This document shows, in pieces, positions 38,341 to 51,066 of a DNA stretch of 64,000 bases. A program made the position numbers and the translations under genes. Origin of the DNA: Podarcis muralis (taxonomy: Eukaryota); the NCBI RefSeq assembly GCF_964188315.1, contig NC_135661.1, positions 45,322,001-45,386,000 on the forward strand, in the 5' to 3' direction. The notes below the pieces were generated by a model. The model made no database searches. It saw only the letters and a list, made by a program, of their open reading frames with translations, and was not told where the DNA came from. Every line of letters begins with the position of its first letter. The stretch's first letter is position 1.

Positions 38341-41170
38341 AATATATAGGTTACTGATAAGCACCCGAGATAAAAAGCTATCCCAGATCTGTGAGCCAGA
38401 CATAGTAGAATGGAGGGACTGATAAGAGGGACCAACTAATTAATTTGCTACAGTTTCCATTGTTTTATATGGTATCTTGATGTTGTATTTTATTGATTTG
38501 TGAGCCTTCCAAACAACTCCTGCTATAAAGGTAGTTAATAATAATGATGAAAAGCTCAACTTTAAGCAGCTTGGAAAAAGAATTAAAAGTGTTTGTTTTT
38601 ATGCTTTTACACACACATATCCCATCATATTTTTTCCAGAGTTATAAGGTTTAGGAAAGGGTATTCTTGGTGGTGGCAACAACTCAGTTAATTTTTTTAA
38701 ATCTCTGGCCCAGCATCCTCTGATAGTGGCCAACCAGATGCCGGTGAGAAGTTTGCTTCCCACCAGTTGCTTGGGAAACAGTAGAGTGGTATTGCACTCA
38801 CCTTCTGTTTGTTGGCTTCTGAAAACTGTATGCTAGACGAGTAGATGGGGCTTTCATCTGACAAATATCTTCTTATGTTATTCTTCCTATTATTTATGAA
38901 CACCTCTAGGTGCTGTAACATTATTTTAAAAATAATATAGTCCTTCCCTGCAGACTCGTAGTCTAATTATAGATGTGATAGGTAAGGCAAAAGGAATGAG
39001 GAGGGGAGAGGAAAGCAAACACTTAACCAATGGCAGCTTCACTGGCCAATGGATGGAGCCAGTTGGTCTCTCTGTTGGTCTCCTGACATTTGTAGCTCAT
39101 GTGCTATGCCACTATGCCATATCTAAGAGACAAATTAATATCCATTAAGCTGTTTGGAAAACAGAAGATATTTATATTCATTAAGCAAGATGGTTTGCAC
39201 AGCAAGCATCACTAGTGGGTACACAAAACATGACCATTGCCAGCCAGCCAGCCAGCCTGCCAACCAACCACCAATGGAATGAACAGAATGCTACAGTCCT
39301 TGTGTAGCCTAGCAACTGGTATGAAGGAAAAGCAGAGCAATACTTGTAGGGGCCTACTGGTCACCACAAGACAGAGCAGACTGTCCCCTATAAGAGCTCA
39401 CTCTTGTCTAGACAAGAGTACCACAGCCTTGGTGGGGGCCACATACTTATTTTACCACTGAGTGCAAACTGCCCAGATTCACCAAGTTCAAGTCCTCCAT
39501 TTGAATGATAGTCCCCAGGGTGTTTTCAGTAGAGGGGAATTTGAACAGAAGGTCTTTGGATATTATAAAAGGTATATGATGTGGTGTACATGTTTCATTC
39601 ACAAAAATGGTCTCATGGACCACAGAGAAAAGAAACAGTGCTCAGGAATCATCAGCTTTTTATATGCAGAAATGACAGTGATTCTTCTGTCCACCGACTA
39701 CATCCCATCCTTAGCTTATATCTTTCTCAGAGCTATGGGCCAACAGGAAACAAGGAAGGAGGGGGAAACTCTTTTAAAGCTAAGATTTTGATCAGATTTA
39801 GGATTTCAGGCTTTAAGATTCCATCAGACCTCTGTGACTCATGATGCAGCCAAGAGATGAAAAAAGCGGTGACCTTGTTGACATCCTTAGCATGGAACAA
39901 AATTCCCTGTGGGAGTGCTTCAGTTAAGGGAGGAAGGAAGGAGCATCTGTTAGTTAATTTTAAGGGCAGATCTGCATGAGGGAGAAACTGCCTATCCTTG
40001 TGGCATAGCAAGGACTAAAACAAGAGGCCTGCCATCCACTGCAGAGTGCTGCTGACATCAAAGGCTACAGGAAATGTTATTAGAATGATAGGATGCCAGA
40101 ATTATTGAACAATCCTTCTCTGAGACTCGGTCAGTGCTACAGAAATTGGTGCAGGTGTTAAATCCTCATTACCTGTCTTTCTTGCACTCAGAATGCGAGT
40201 GCAAAATAATAATGAGAGCACCTGAGGAAGGCAGAGGGAAAAGAGACAGAGCTGCAATTCAGTTAAATTATTGCCTCTTCCATTTACTCATTGGGTGGCC
40301 TTAGGCAAGATGAAATTTGTTAGCCTCACCACCCCAAAAAGCTGGAATAACAGGGCTGCAAGTGTGCTCCTGTGCAAGGTTCCAGCCAGCCTGCATGACC
40401 TCTTCCAGCTTACAACATTTACTTGTTTACAGCACCCTTTACCCCAGTGTTTGACTGTAAAGGCTATCAGAGCAGTTTACAAGAACAACAGCAAGAAGGC
40501 TGTTTCTACCCTCACCTGTACAATCTAAAAGACATGCCACACAAAGAAAGAGAGATGAGGGAGGAGAGGGGAAAGCCTGCTCAGGTGCCAGTTAAAGTTG
40601 CGGTATTTATAACAACCACTCAATGCTCTCCCTCGCTTTAGTCCCCCCCCCCCATTTGTTTGTTTATTTCTACAAGCTTTAGAATTTCATAATTGACTCC
40701 ATTTGGTTACAGAAGAGTCCACACGCTGATTAAAAAATTCAGTATGAATAGATAGGTGTATTTTATTATCCAGTTTTAAGAGTTGGTGTAAAGTAGGTGC
40801 AGTGAGCCTGTGGTCCTCCAGATGTTGAACTACAGCTCCCATCATCCCTGACCAGTGGCCATGCTAGCTGGGGCTGATGGAGGTTGGAGTCAAACAACAT
40901 ATGGGGAGCCATAGTTTTGCTACCCCGTTGTAAAGGTTAGAATAGGATAGCATTATAGAAATTTATATTGCACCCTTCAGACAGATCGCCAGGGCAGCTT
41001 ACAATACAAAATCAAAAGTCTGATTTTAGAAAATGATTAAAATGTATTTTTAAAAAAAACAACACATAAAACCCTACGTATTAAAAACAGTAGAATCCAA
41101 AATCTAAACTGAACATAAGCAGAGGCCTGTGTCAGATGTGTGATTTCTGATCTTTCTTCCATTTCAGTCA

Positions 41171-41287
41171 ATGGCTGGTTCTGCACGGATCCCCAATGAC
41201 AAGAAAACAGGTGGGAAGGCAGCGCCTCCTCATTTCCTGTTCCAGCTGGCTGCAGCCCTGGACAACCCCACCATCAAGTCACTGGAG
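41171..41287 (+). CDS. C16orf86: C16orf86 putative first coding exon
   Basis: Acceptor tctttcttccatttcag| at 41167, ATG at 41171, donor GAG|gtaaag; an alternative donor lies at 41439. Confidence 0.55.
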
Positions 41288-44200
41288 GTAAAGGATGAGT
41301 GCTGTAGTTATGAGAAAAAGAAGGCGATGCAGATAGCACAGGATATCCTGTTTACAGACACTGAGGACATACCACAGGCTCGTAAAGCAGGGGAAAGTGA
41401 AGATCATGTTGCAGAAATGTCTGGAGAGAAGCATGTTAGGTATAGTGCAGTGGTTAGTGTTGGACTTGGACCTGGGAAATGAGGGTTCACATCCTCCCAC
41501 TCAGACATGAAGCTCCCTGGCTGACCTTGGGCCAATCACAGTCTCTTAGCCTAACCTACCTCTCCTACCCACATGAAGCACCATGCTGCCTCTGGTAAGA
41601 ACGGCTTGAGAGAATTAACAAGCAGCAGCAGCCCTACAAAGATATTCCATAGAAACAAAGGAAGCTGCCTTTTACAGAGTCAGGGTCATTGGTCCATCTA
41701 GCTTAACAGAGCCTACACGGACTGGCAGCAGCTTCCCTGAGTTTCTATTGAGACATTCCCAGTCCTAGCTGAAGATGGCAGGGATTGAACCAGGGATCTT
41801 CTGCATGCAAAGCAGATGCCTCACTGCTGAGGCAAGGGGCCATAGCTCAGAGGGATTCAGTGCTCCACCTAGCAGTGCTGAGACAAGAACTTACCTGCTC
41901 ATAACTGTCTGACCAAGGATGGTAACACATGAAAATGATTATTGATCCCTCCCAATAATGGCTCTTGATCCCTCCCAATAGTGGCCCTTTGTTCCCCCAA
42001 AAGAATTACTCAAGGGTCACCCCATAAAGCTGACAGCGTCCTCCATTGGGTTTGCCCTTTTAAAAAAATTATATGCCTTTTCTAGGCAGCCAGTCCCTGC
42101 AACATCAGAATATGCCAGACACTAAATGTGCCTGGGTTTGGGATTTTTAGGTTTCTGTAACAGCCTCATCAGGATCTGGAGCCTTTCTCTCTGTGATATG
42201 GTGCCACTGAAATTTTTCTCCCACTGCAAGAAGCAAGTTGTGCCTTTCAGAATCAGAAACCCATTGTTCTCTCCCGTGATGCTACCTTGCTAGAGTTCTC
42301 CAAATTTTGTTCAGGGGTGCAGGGTGATTTGTGTTTACTATAACACTGGGCTAAAAAAACCCAACCCTGACCATCCAGATGTTAGTGGACTCTGGCTCCC
42401 AGCAGCCTCAGCCAGCATGCCCAGTGGTCCGAGGTCAGAACTGTAGTCCAAACGTAATCTGTAACAGGACTAGTTCAGATTTCCAGAGGGGGGCTCAGCG
42501 AGGTGGATCCAGCAAGAGGGAGGTGAATAGTGGCATGGCTGAGGCCCCTGGACACTGCACATACTGGCCCAGTGATGGTGCTGGGCCTGATCTGGAAGGC
42601 CACAGGTTCCCCACTTTTGCCCTATGACAACCACGATCTATTCTGAAAACACTTCCCTCTCTTATAGAACTTAAAGAGATGTGGTGCCCAAAGGTGGCAG
42701 ATGACTTGCTTAATATGAAATGCTGGAAGTTTCCCCTTCTTGTGGTCTGGAGGGATCATAAAACCAGGCTTTTGTTCTTGCCATTGGCCTTCTCTGACGA
42801 CTATGTGCATCTTCCCACAGTGGCATGAAGATGGGAAAGGGATTCTTCTCCATGCCAAGTTGTTTGAGGAAGAGATCCAGAGGCACCAAGAGCTGTTTAC
42901 AGAACTCAGGCATCTGAAATCCGTTCCTGTGCTCCAGGCCTGGCTAGCAACCTATGGCTTTAAAGCAAGAATGGTGAAGTAGGTCACGATGGATTTCCAT
43001 ATATTTCCCACGGCAAAGAAGCAGAGCACATGGGAGAAGGAACTGGGTTCAGTTTTTATCACAAATTAAATGCATCTAAAGTTAAATGTTTAAGGATGTC
43101 AGAAAGCAGAACTGAAAGAAACCTCTGCGCAATTGTGCTGGATACCTGGCACTGGGCAAGATGGAGCAATGGCCACTATAAGGCAGCTTCATAAATACCT
43201 CCCTCCCATCTGTGTTCCGAATGCTGCCCAGTGAACATTTTTGTTCCAGCAATGCTGCCCAGTGAACATTAGTCCTAGCACTGATAATGCTGCCTGGCAT
43301 TGCAAGGGAGGCAGCTAATTCAGGGGGAAGATGCTGGTGGCAACAGCAGCACCACACCATCCCTTCCATGCCCCTCTGATCCTTCTTGGCCTTTCCCTGA
43401 CATTATGATGACTGTCCCATCTACCTGCCAAAGTTGGTCTGCGGAGCCAAAGTTTCCCACTGGTCTAGCAAATGGAGCCCAAGGCCTGTACTGGATTGTG
43501 GGACACTCACTGGAACCAGACCCCTTTCCCTTTGACTCCTCAGCCCTCTTGCATCTTGTTTCTCCCCCACAGAACTGATTCTGAAATGCTTGTTTTCCAA
43601 CATGCCGATTTCAAGAAGCTCTCTCCAAGGGTGGAGGAGACAGAGGGCCCCAAAACTGAAGGTTCTCTCGTGCCCAAACAGTCCAAGAAATCCAAGAAAA
43701 GGAAAAGCACACTGGATATCACTGTGGTCCCAGCTGCTAGCACAGCAGGCACATTGCTTCCAGAGCCTACAGGTGTAGAGAGTGAGTGCAAAGAAATGGG
43801 AAGTTACAAGCTAGGTTTTTTTAGTATCAGATTCCTGGTGGGGGAAGAGAGAGATTGGATGCATCTGAGAGACTAGTTTCAACTTAGTGATATCTACAGT
43901 AAGAATGACTGGCTTGTACAGAACGATCATATTCCCCACAGCTAATACTGACAATCACCAGCACAGGCTGGTGGGCTGAGAGTTGAAGAAGTAGCAGTCC
44001 CTTAAAAGCTATATATGTATCTTACATAGAAAAAGGGGACAGTTAGCTGCAGCTTTTCAAAACACTAGGAAATCCTTCCGATTGGGCCTCCAAGCAGGAT
44101 GGATATTACTTCTAACTTTAGCCCCATGATCCCAAATCATCCCTAATTCCCAGCACTTCTTGAAAAGTGCACAAACAGGCATCAGAAACAGGCAGCTGTG

Positions 44201-44468
44201 TGTCTGCCTGAACTTTTAATAACTTCTTCTTCAACTACATTTCAATATAGGGGGAATGGAAATTCTGCTTCCCAAGTCCTTGTGCTATATTTAGGAAGAC
44301 ATCAGTTCAAGGGGCAGAAAAAGAACCCTCACAAGTTCTTACTGCTCCATCAATGATGTGAACCAAGAAGCCTGGCTGTTTGCTGGGGTAGCTGCAGATA
44401 GAAGCAAGGTGTAGAGGGGCAGACCATCATCTGCAAGAAAAGAATGGGCTGAGGTTTAGGTAGAACGT

Positions 44469-44510
<42 letters not shown>

Positions 44511-45195
44511 CATTCTCATCTCACCAACAGCCTTTGCCTTAGAAGCCATCTATCTTCCAGCATTCACTGTCATTATTTGTAGGAAAGTCACAGCGTCTGC
44601 GTCCCTTATACCAATATATCAACTATGATAACCCAGAGATGAACAGCCCCTCAGACAAACAGTGTGACCTGCCTCTGCTGGAAGTGCATGCTGCTCTAGA
44701 GAATAAGACAGGCCCATTGGAACCAAGAATAACTCCACTCAAAGGTAACAGGTTAGAAATAAAAAAGGGAGCTTCACATGCTCCTTCCTCACAAATCCAA
44801 TACCACAACAAGGGTTGGAGTAGAACAATGGGTTCAGCTGAACTTGGAGCTGAGAGACCAATGAAACAGGTGAACCTGCTATTTTATGTGGTGTCCAGAA
44901 CTCCCTGTTTATTTTTAGTCAAAGAATTTCAAGAGCTTCCATTGTGGGCTCAGAAAGCCACTGGTCCGCTATCACACTGCTTCTGCATACCTGCTCATGG
45001 GACAGGACAATGGCTCATATTGACTATTTTTTTGTTGCAGAAGACAAAGGAAAAGAGCTGAGAATTCCGACAAATGCCACTTCGGGAGCTGCAGCAAAGG
45101 CTGAAGTAGACAAGTCTACTCAGGTGGACATTGATAAGATGCTCAGCGTCTGTGCGGCTCACCTAGTCCCACCACTGTCGCCACAGCACAAGTAG
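41171..45195 (+). CDS. C16orf86: C16orf86 orthologue (uncharacterised protein); best model join(41171..41287,42821..42978,43573..43781,44583..44744,45041..45195), about 266 aa
   Basis: Motifs matching recalled human C16orf86: KQSKKSKKRKS, (R)KSQRLRPLYQYINYDNPEMN and the C-terminal KAEVDKSTQVDIDKMLSVCAAHLVPPLSPQHK*. Position between ENKD1 and GFOD2; phases 0,2,1,1 consistent (801 nt). The two N-terminal exons are less certain. Confidence 0.8.
41440..41575 (+). mobile_element. tRNA-derived SINE (same family as 53500, decayed)
   Basis: TAGTGCAGTGG head, GGTTCACATCC B box, CTTAGCCTAACCTACCTC core. Confidence 0.7.
42821..42978 (+). CDS. C16orf86: C16orf86 putative coding exon 2
   Basis: catcttcccacag|TGG ... 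GTGAA|gtaggt. Its end VPVLQAWLATYGFKARMVK aligns ungapped with recalled human RPVVSIVRPRHGPKRKPVK. Confidence 0.6.
43573..43781 (+). CDS. C16orf86: C16orf86 coding exon 3
   Basis: tttctcccccacag|A ACT GAT ... GAG A|gtgagt; contains PKQSKKSKKRKS. Confidence 0.82.
44469..44508. repeat. (GT)n microsatellite, about 19 units
   Basis: Read directly. Confidence 0.97.
44583..44744 (+). CDS. C16orf86: C16orf86 coding exon 4
   Basis: KSQRLRPLYQYINYDNPEMN...; donor AAAG|gtaaca. Confidence 0.85.
45041..45195 (+). CDS. C16orf86: C16orf86 last coding exon
   Basis: tttttgttgcag|AA GAC ...KAEVDKSTQVDIDKMLSVCAAHLVPPLSPQHK*. Confidence 0.88.
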
Positions 45196-47571
45196 CAACA
45201 TATAACAGAATGCTTAGCTACTCCTCCAAGAGACAAGGCCTGAGACAGAGTCATTTTGCTAAATGCTCCTTTATGCTACCAATTGTATTTCCCCAAATGT
45301 TGATTATATTAAGGTGTCAAGTGTTTGCATTGTCTCCTCACTTGCCTCTAAAACAACAAAAATGGTGGTATACCCTACCTCCATTTTATCCTTTACAAAT
45401 ATACTCAGTCTGGCAACAATATATCTCATCTGTGCTGGAAGGTGGTGAAAGAGACTAATAATTGGACATTTGTGCCTCTTCCCCTCTTTAAACTGGCTAT
45501 ATTTGCATTCCATCAAAGGAAAAGGAAGAGCACATAACCTCCCCTCCCCCCAATAACAATAACAGTAACAACCACCACCACCACCAGAAAATGAAAGACT
45601 TACAAAATGGGAAGCGGCGAGTATCATACTGCTCTTTGCCACTAAAAGAAAAAGAGAATTCACATATGTAATCAAAGAAAGAGCCTTCATTAAATTATTT
45701 TTCTATCTTTTCATGTTTGCATAAAAACCCAAAGATTTCCAGTGGCTTATCTAGTGTGGACCTCCTTATCTTCACAAAGCATTTAAATTCTCAAATTCCA
45801 CATATTGTAAACAGAAAGTTGGGAGGTTCCCTTACTCTAGTATATGTGCTGCCGAAGCGAGCACAAGTGGTTCCCTTACTCTAGAATTTGGACTTTTCCA
45901 GTACAAAACACTGTCCACACTGTCTTTTGTTAGTCCAGTTGTATAAAACCAACATCTGCAACTAGAATTAAGGATACAGCTGCTTGGGTTAAAAATAAAT
46001 TTAAAAGCTCAGAATAGAAAAAATAGGGTGTTTTCCACAGGGAAGAGAAAAACAGCTGATCTAGTTCTTGATTTTATCTATTTTTAGTTTTTCTTCCATA
46101 ATGTTACCATTTACAAAAACACAAGAAAGGTTGCTTATTAATGCTTTATATTAATGTACAGGATTAAAACCTAGTAGGAAAACGAAGTAGGAAAACAATA
46201 AAAACATTCAAGTAAACAGTATTATTTATACAAAAATTAGCTACTGCTTCTCAGTGTCAGCCTAGTGAAGAGCAGCTCTGAGATCTGGTAGTTGTGCACT
46301 ATGATCTGCTACGCAAGAAGCACCACAGCTCCCACAGGATACAAGTCAGGACAAGGGATAGGGAACATCGTCCGGTGTTCGATTAAATCAACTACCCCGG
46401 TCAGCATGCAGCTGAAAACAGCAACCAAATATTCCTTTTCTTATCAACTTCATATTCCTTAACAGATGGAATACCTGCTTCATTAAACAACAATCACTGG
46501 CTTAGATTTGGCTTCTGTGCTACCAAGCAATCATTGGTGGCATTTGGCAGCACTGAGCAGGGCAAGAGAGAATGCAGGAAAAGAAGTGCAAGAGGCCTTC
46601 AGTCTCTGCTATGGGAAAGGAGCACCAGCACGTGCAAACAGCAGGTGAATGCCACACAGCACTCAACTGACTTCTAGAACAGCTAGTCTCAAAGGCAGAG
46701 ACTAAATTGGAAGTATTTGGTACCGAGGCACAGACTAGATGGATGTGGTTGTCATTCGTGTGTCAACCCTGCTCATATGTAAAGCAGGAAGTCTGTAGGA
46801 TGAAAATATAACAGAAGGAATGCAGGAAGGAGGATGCTCAATCCTCCCCCCTTGCACACTTTCTTCCTCTCAGTCCACTACTCCAACAACTTTTTCCATT
46901 TCCAGCCCACTTTTGGAATCAGAGCCAGGGACAGACCAAAATGGCTGGAACAAATGATTGGAGGAAGGGAAGGCATGGGAGAGTTCAGTGGCCTTTTCCT
47001 GAACACTTTTTTTTACTGTTACAATAAAACAGGGGTGGGGTTTTGTGTGAACAGGGAGGATACAGGAAAATACATGTCCACCACCTAGTTTGATACTGAG
47101 CTATGGAGACTACAAATCTTTAAGGACCGTACTTCTGTATTTGCCTCACTTTTACCACATCAAGAAGAATCCTAAAGGGTAACTTGTCTTCCTGTTCTTA
47201 AACAACCATCTCTAGTGCTACATTCAAACTGCAAAAATACATGAGCTGTGCACAGAAGGGAGACAGACTTGTCCCCAATGGTAGAAATCCCACCTTTTCG
47301 TTTTAGCTACTTCTAAGTGCAAAGGGCAATTCAAGTTTTCCTAACAATACAAAGTTCAAAAGGTTTAGCTTTAAAAAAAACAGTGACACAAATCTGCAAC
47401 ATTTAAAATGCTCTTAAATGAGTTTAAAAACCAAAAGGATTTCCTTTGAGGTTTTGCCCGCAATTATAATTCCCCATTATACCTCCTCCCACCCCCTGAA
47501 TATGAAACAAATGTATCCATGTTAAAGTTTTCTGCACATATTCAATATTCTGCTCATTAGGAATATTTCTA

Positions 47572-48470
47572 TTATAGGTTATTTCTCTGTAATGCCTCAC
47601 AGAGGTTTTGATTGGCATCTGGCTCCTCAGTCATTACTTCCACAGATTCCCAATCCCCAGACCGGCTGGATTTTTTAATAGCATCTACTACACTTTGCAT
47701 ATAGAGGCCATCTTCAAAAGAAGCCGCCATTGCAACTGGCTTGGGATCCCAGGTTCGCTGGTCTTCCTGGTCCTGGAAGGACTGACGCAGAGCTTGCACC
47801 AGGTACACCATCCCTTTGAGGTACAGAAGGGGTATGTCTTTGAATCCTTTTTCTGAAAGGCCTGCATGGACATTCAAAGAGTCTGCAAACAGGAGTTCTT
47901 CCTGGGGAGCAGTGTTCTTCTGGCCATACAAATCTGTCCCCCGTGCTATAAGGCGTCCTGCTGACCCTACAATCATGACCTCATGAACAAATGACCCAGG
48001 CATGTTGAAGTTCAGAGTCACAGTGCTACAGATACCTCCTGACATCAGCATTTGGAAAAAGCAAAAATCATCACTTGTGACATGGCGGATGCCATTGATG
48101 GCAGAGTTCTGCTTCACAAAGGTTTTCAGTAACCCATGAACCTTCTCTGCCTTTCGACTTGTCAGGTGAGTGAGGAGGTCTATAATGTAAGTCCCCATTG
48201 TGTGGAGGCCACCCCCACCCATCAGTTCATCACAGATCCAGTTGTACTTGTGGCTGAGAAGGCTTCCCCAGTACACTCGCACATCACAGACCAGAACATT
48301 GCCCACATAGTGTTCTTCTATTAACTGCTTCATCTTGATGAATGCTGGTAGAAAACGCAGGACATTGCCTACAATGCTCATGAGCTTGGGGTAGTATCTG
48401 GCAGCTGTGACCATTCTGAAAGCATCCACAGAGGTAGCAGCTTTCTCACAGATGACATTCTTTCCAATAC
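47572..48470 (-). CDS. GFOD2: GFOD2 last coding exon
   Basis: ORF track 47572..48489; acceptor cctttattcacag|GT ATT GGA. Confidence 0.97.
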
Positions 48471-49746
48471 CTGTGAATAAAGGAGACAAATTTTAGTTCA
48501 GATTTTGCTAGGCAGCCTGAAGCAAATAGAGGATTCTTATCTGTCTGTACAGTGTCATCCTTGTTCAGTTCACAAAGTACAGAAAAAGGAAGAACGACTA
48601 GCAGCCATGTGTGCAACCATCTAATGCAGAAACCCCATCTCTCTAGCTGTTTTGGGACTACAAGTCCCTTCAGCCCCAGCCAGTGCTGCCGTGAATTGGC
48701 AGTTGTGGTCCAAAACAGCTGAAGGGGACCAGGCTGGGGAGGCACTAGATATTCTGCAAAAATAAGCATTCAATCAGGTTTCTTCAACCTGGTGCCCATG
48801 TCCAGCTGTTTTAAACTATAGCTCCCATCAGTCCCAACCAGTTAAACCATACTGGTTTGAAGAAGATAGGAGCTGCAGTGCAAAACAAATGGTGGGCACC
48901 AGGTTGGCAATCAGTGCTCTAGAGAGATGCTTTGCCCCACCAAGGATTAAGTACCAAGATAAGGTATTTGCAGACACCCAGTGGCTGGTGAGGCTGAAGA
49001 AACACGTTGGTGCATTTTACTCAATCCTTGAGGGACTGTGGATATGTGGATATTTAGTTTAACCACAGTAAGATTCCCTCTCTAATCTGCATAAAAACAT
49101 TTTTTGTTTTGGAGATCTGCCATCCTGTGTGAACTGTACTTGAGGAATGATAAACTTAGGCAAGGGTTAATTTTACCTTTCTACTTTCTGTTTACTATGT
49201 TTCTGAAACATGCAGACCTTGATACTTATAAAAAGAAAAAGTCAAGTAATCATGCTATATGCTCTTCTAATGAGCATCTAGCTGTAATTGCCTTTACAAT
49301 GCTGCTAGTTTAATATGCAATAGCAAAGTCAAGTTAGCAAATACTAAAAATTTCCTTACAGTAACAAAAAGAGTTCACTCCTTCCATTAGCTAATGTAAA
49401 AGAATGAAACACAAACATGTTTTTGGGATAAGTGGAAGAAGGGGTGGTAATATTAGCTATGGCTGCCTGGTTAAATTTAATGGCTAGCTCCTGCTTCCCT
49501 CCACTTCCCTAGATATTTCTGTTCTGTATGTGACACATTGCTATGCAAATTTATTGGGAGGTAAAGAGACATTAAAAAATCTAAAGTAAGAGAAGAGCAA
49601 AACCCTGGTGTCAATTATTTTTTCACATGTCAGACTGAATCAAGTATCTATGGGTTGAAATATACTTCCCAAAATTGTACAGGCACAATATCACAGAGGG
49701 CAGAAAGTCGAGTATCACTCCAATTTATGTAATGTGAGACAATGAT

Positions 49747-49786
<40 letters not shown>

Positions 49787-50264
49787 TATAATAATAAATA
49801 AAAATTTATTTATATCCCGCCCTCCCCAGCTGAAGCCGGGCTCAGAGTGGCTAACAACAGTAAAATATACTGTGCCAAAATGAAGCATTCAGTTTTATAA
49901 TATTAAGTAATCAGCAACAGCCTGAGAACACAACTGGGAATCTATTAAAGGGGGAATGAATTTGAAATAACCACAACTTGTTTCAGATAATCAACAGCAC
50001 AGTACCTAAAGCTTTCACAGCAATTTGTCGTGTGAGTGGTGGAGGGATGTTGATGCAAACCAGATCCACATCCTGGTGCAGCAAGACATCATCTGTCCGA
50101 CTTGTGTAGAAGGAAATATTCATTTCCTCAGCTAGTTGCTTTGCTTCTTCTTCAGTCTTCCCCCATAGTGCCTTGATGGAAAAGCCTTCAGCTCTCAGCA
50201 GAGGCACTAGCACCCGAGCTGAGCTCCCAGTCCCAAATACCCCAACACCAGGAAGCATTTTCAT
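47572..50264 (-). CDS. GFOD2: Glucose-fructose oxidoreductase domain-containing protein 2; complement(join(47572..48470,50006..50264)), 385 aa
   Basis: [28 protein letters not shown]...QIAVKAL|[12 protein letters not shown]...[18 protein letters not shown]...[13 protein letters not shown]. 1158 nt, phase-1 intron, same length as recalled human GFOD2. Confidence 0.97.
49748..49860. repeat. (TAA)n microsatellite forming the tail of a minus-strand LINE 3' end
   Basis: (TAA)n followed by ATTTATATCCCGCCC...CAGAGTGGCT; similar tails at about 19620-19690 and 55180-55240. Confidence 0.75.
50006..50264 (-). CDS. GFOD2: GFOD2 first coding exon (the exon starts at an acceptor at 50351)
   Basis: Rossmann-type GVFGTG motif; donor TTAG|gtactg. 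Confidence 0.96.
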
Positions 50265-51066
50265 GTTGTATTCTTTTTCCAATTCAGTTCCCAAGGGCAA
50301 GACTAAGGCATAAAAACAGAGCTTCTTGGCATCCTGTTTCATACATCATTCCTAAAACAGAATAAAATAAAGTGTAAGCAAAAGGAACCATTGATACGTT
50401 CTGCATAAATCTGTGGCTATTTGTAGTCAACACTAATACAAGTGCAGTTCAAGGCTGGTTATTCAACATCAAATTTGTTTGAAGCTGTTCATTTTAAGAC
50501 TACATCTTTATATTTTAATTCTTCACATATAATATGTCTTACTAAAATATCTATTGCATCCTTCAGAAGAAATCCAAGTATGTGTTTTTCTAGTTTGAAA
50601 CTTTCTAGTAAGTTACCTCTACCCTAGTAAGTCACTCTTTCAAATACAAAAAATACTGAAATGATGGTGCTTAAATATAATACACAAGCTGAAGCAGCAC
50701 TGGAAATTACCAAAGGATCAAGCTATTAAATGTTAAGAAAAAGGACATTTTCAGGTTTTCTAATATCACTTGATATTATCTTTAAAGGAAAAAAGTGGAT
50801 ACTGAAAGTATATTTATTGACAATATAAGCAGCAATAGAGTATGCTATGCAAAATTCTCACTTCATTTTTATCATTTGAATAATATATTTTATGGCCTTC
50901 ATATGCCTTTAAGGTATATCCTTCCATACATGTTGCTGTGGCCTTTGGCTCTTACATCATCTTGAAATCTTTATGGGCATAAGACATTGGTAACAATTTT
51001 CCTTGAGGGGTTATATAAATAAGAGCTATATTAAAAGTAATAACCATATATATTAGATGCAAGATA

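Noticed and set aside
49983-50005. GFOD2 read-through C-terminus (GTVLLII*)
   Set aside because: This is simply the first intron bases after a canonical donor; there is no evidence for retention.
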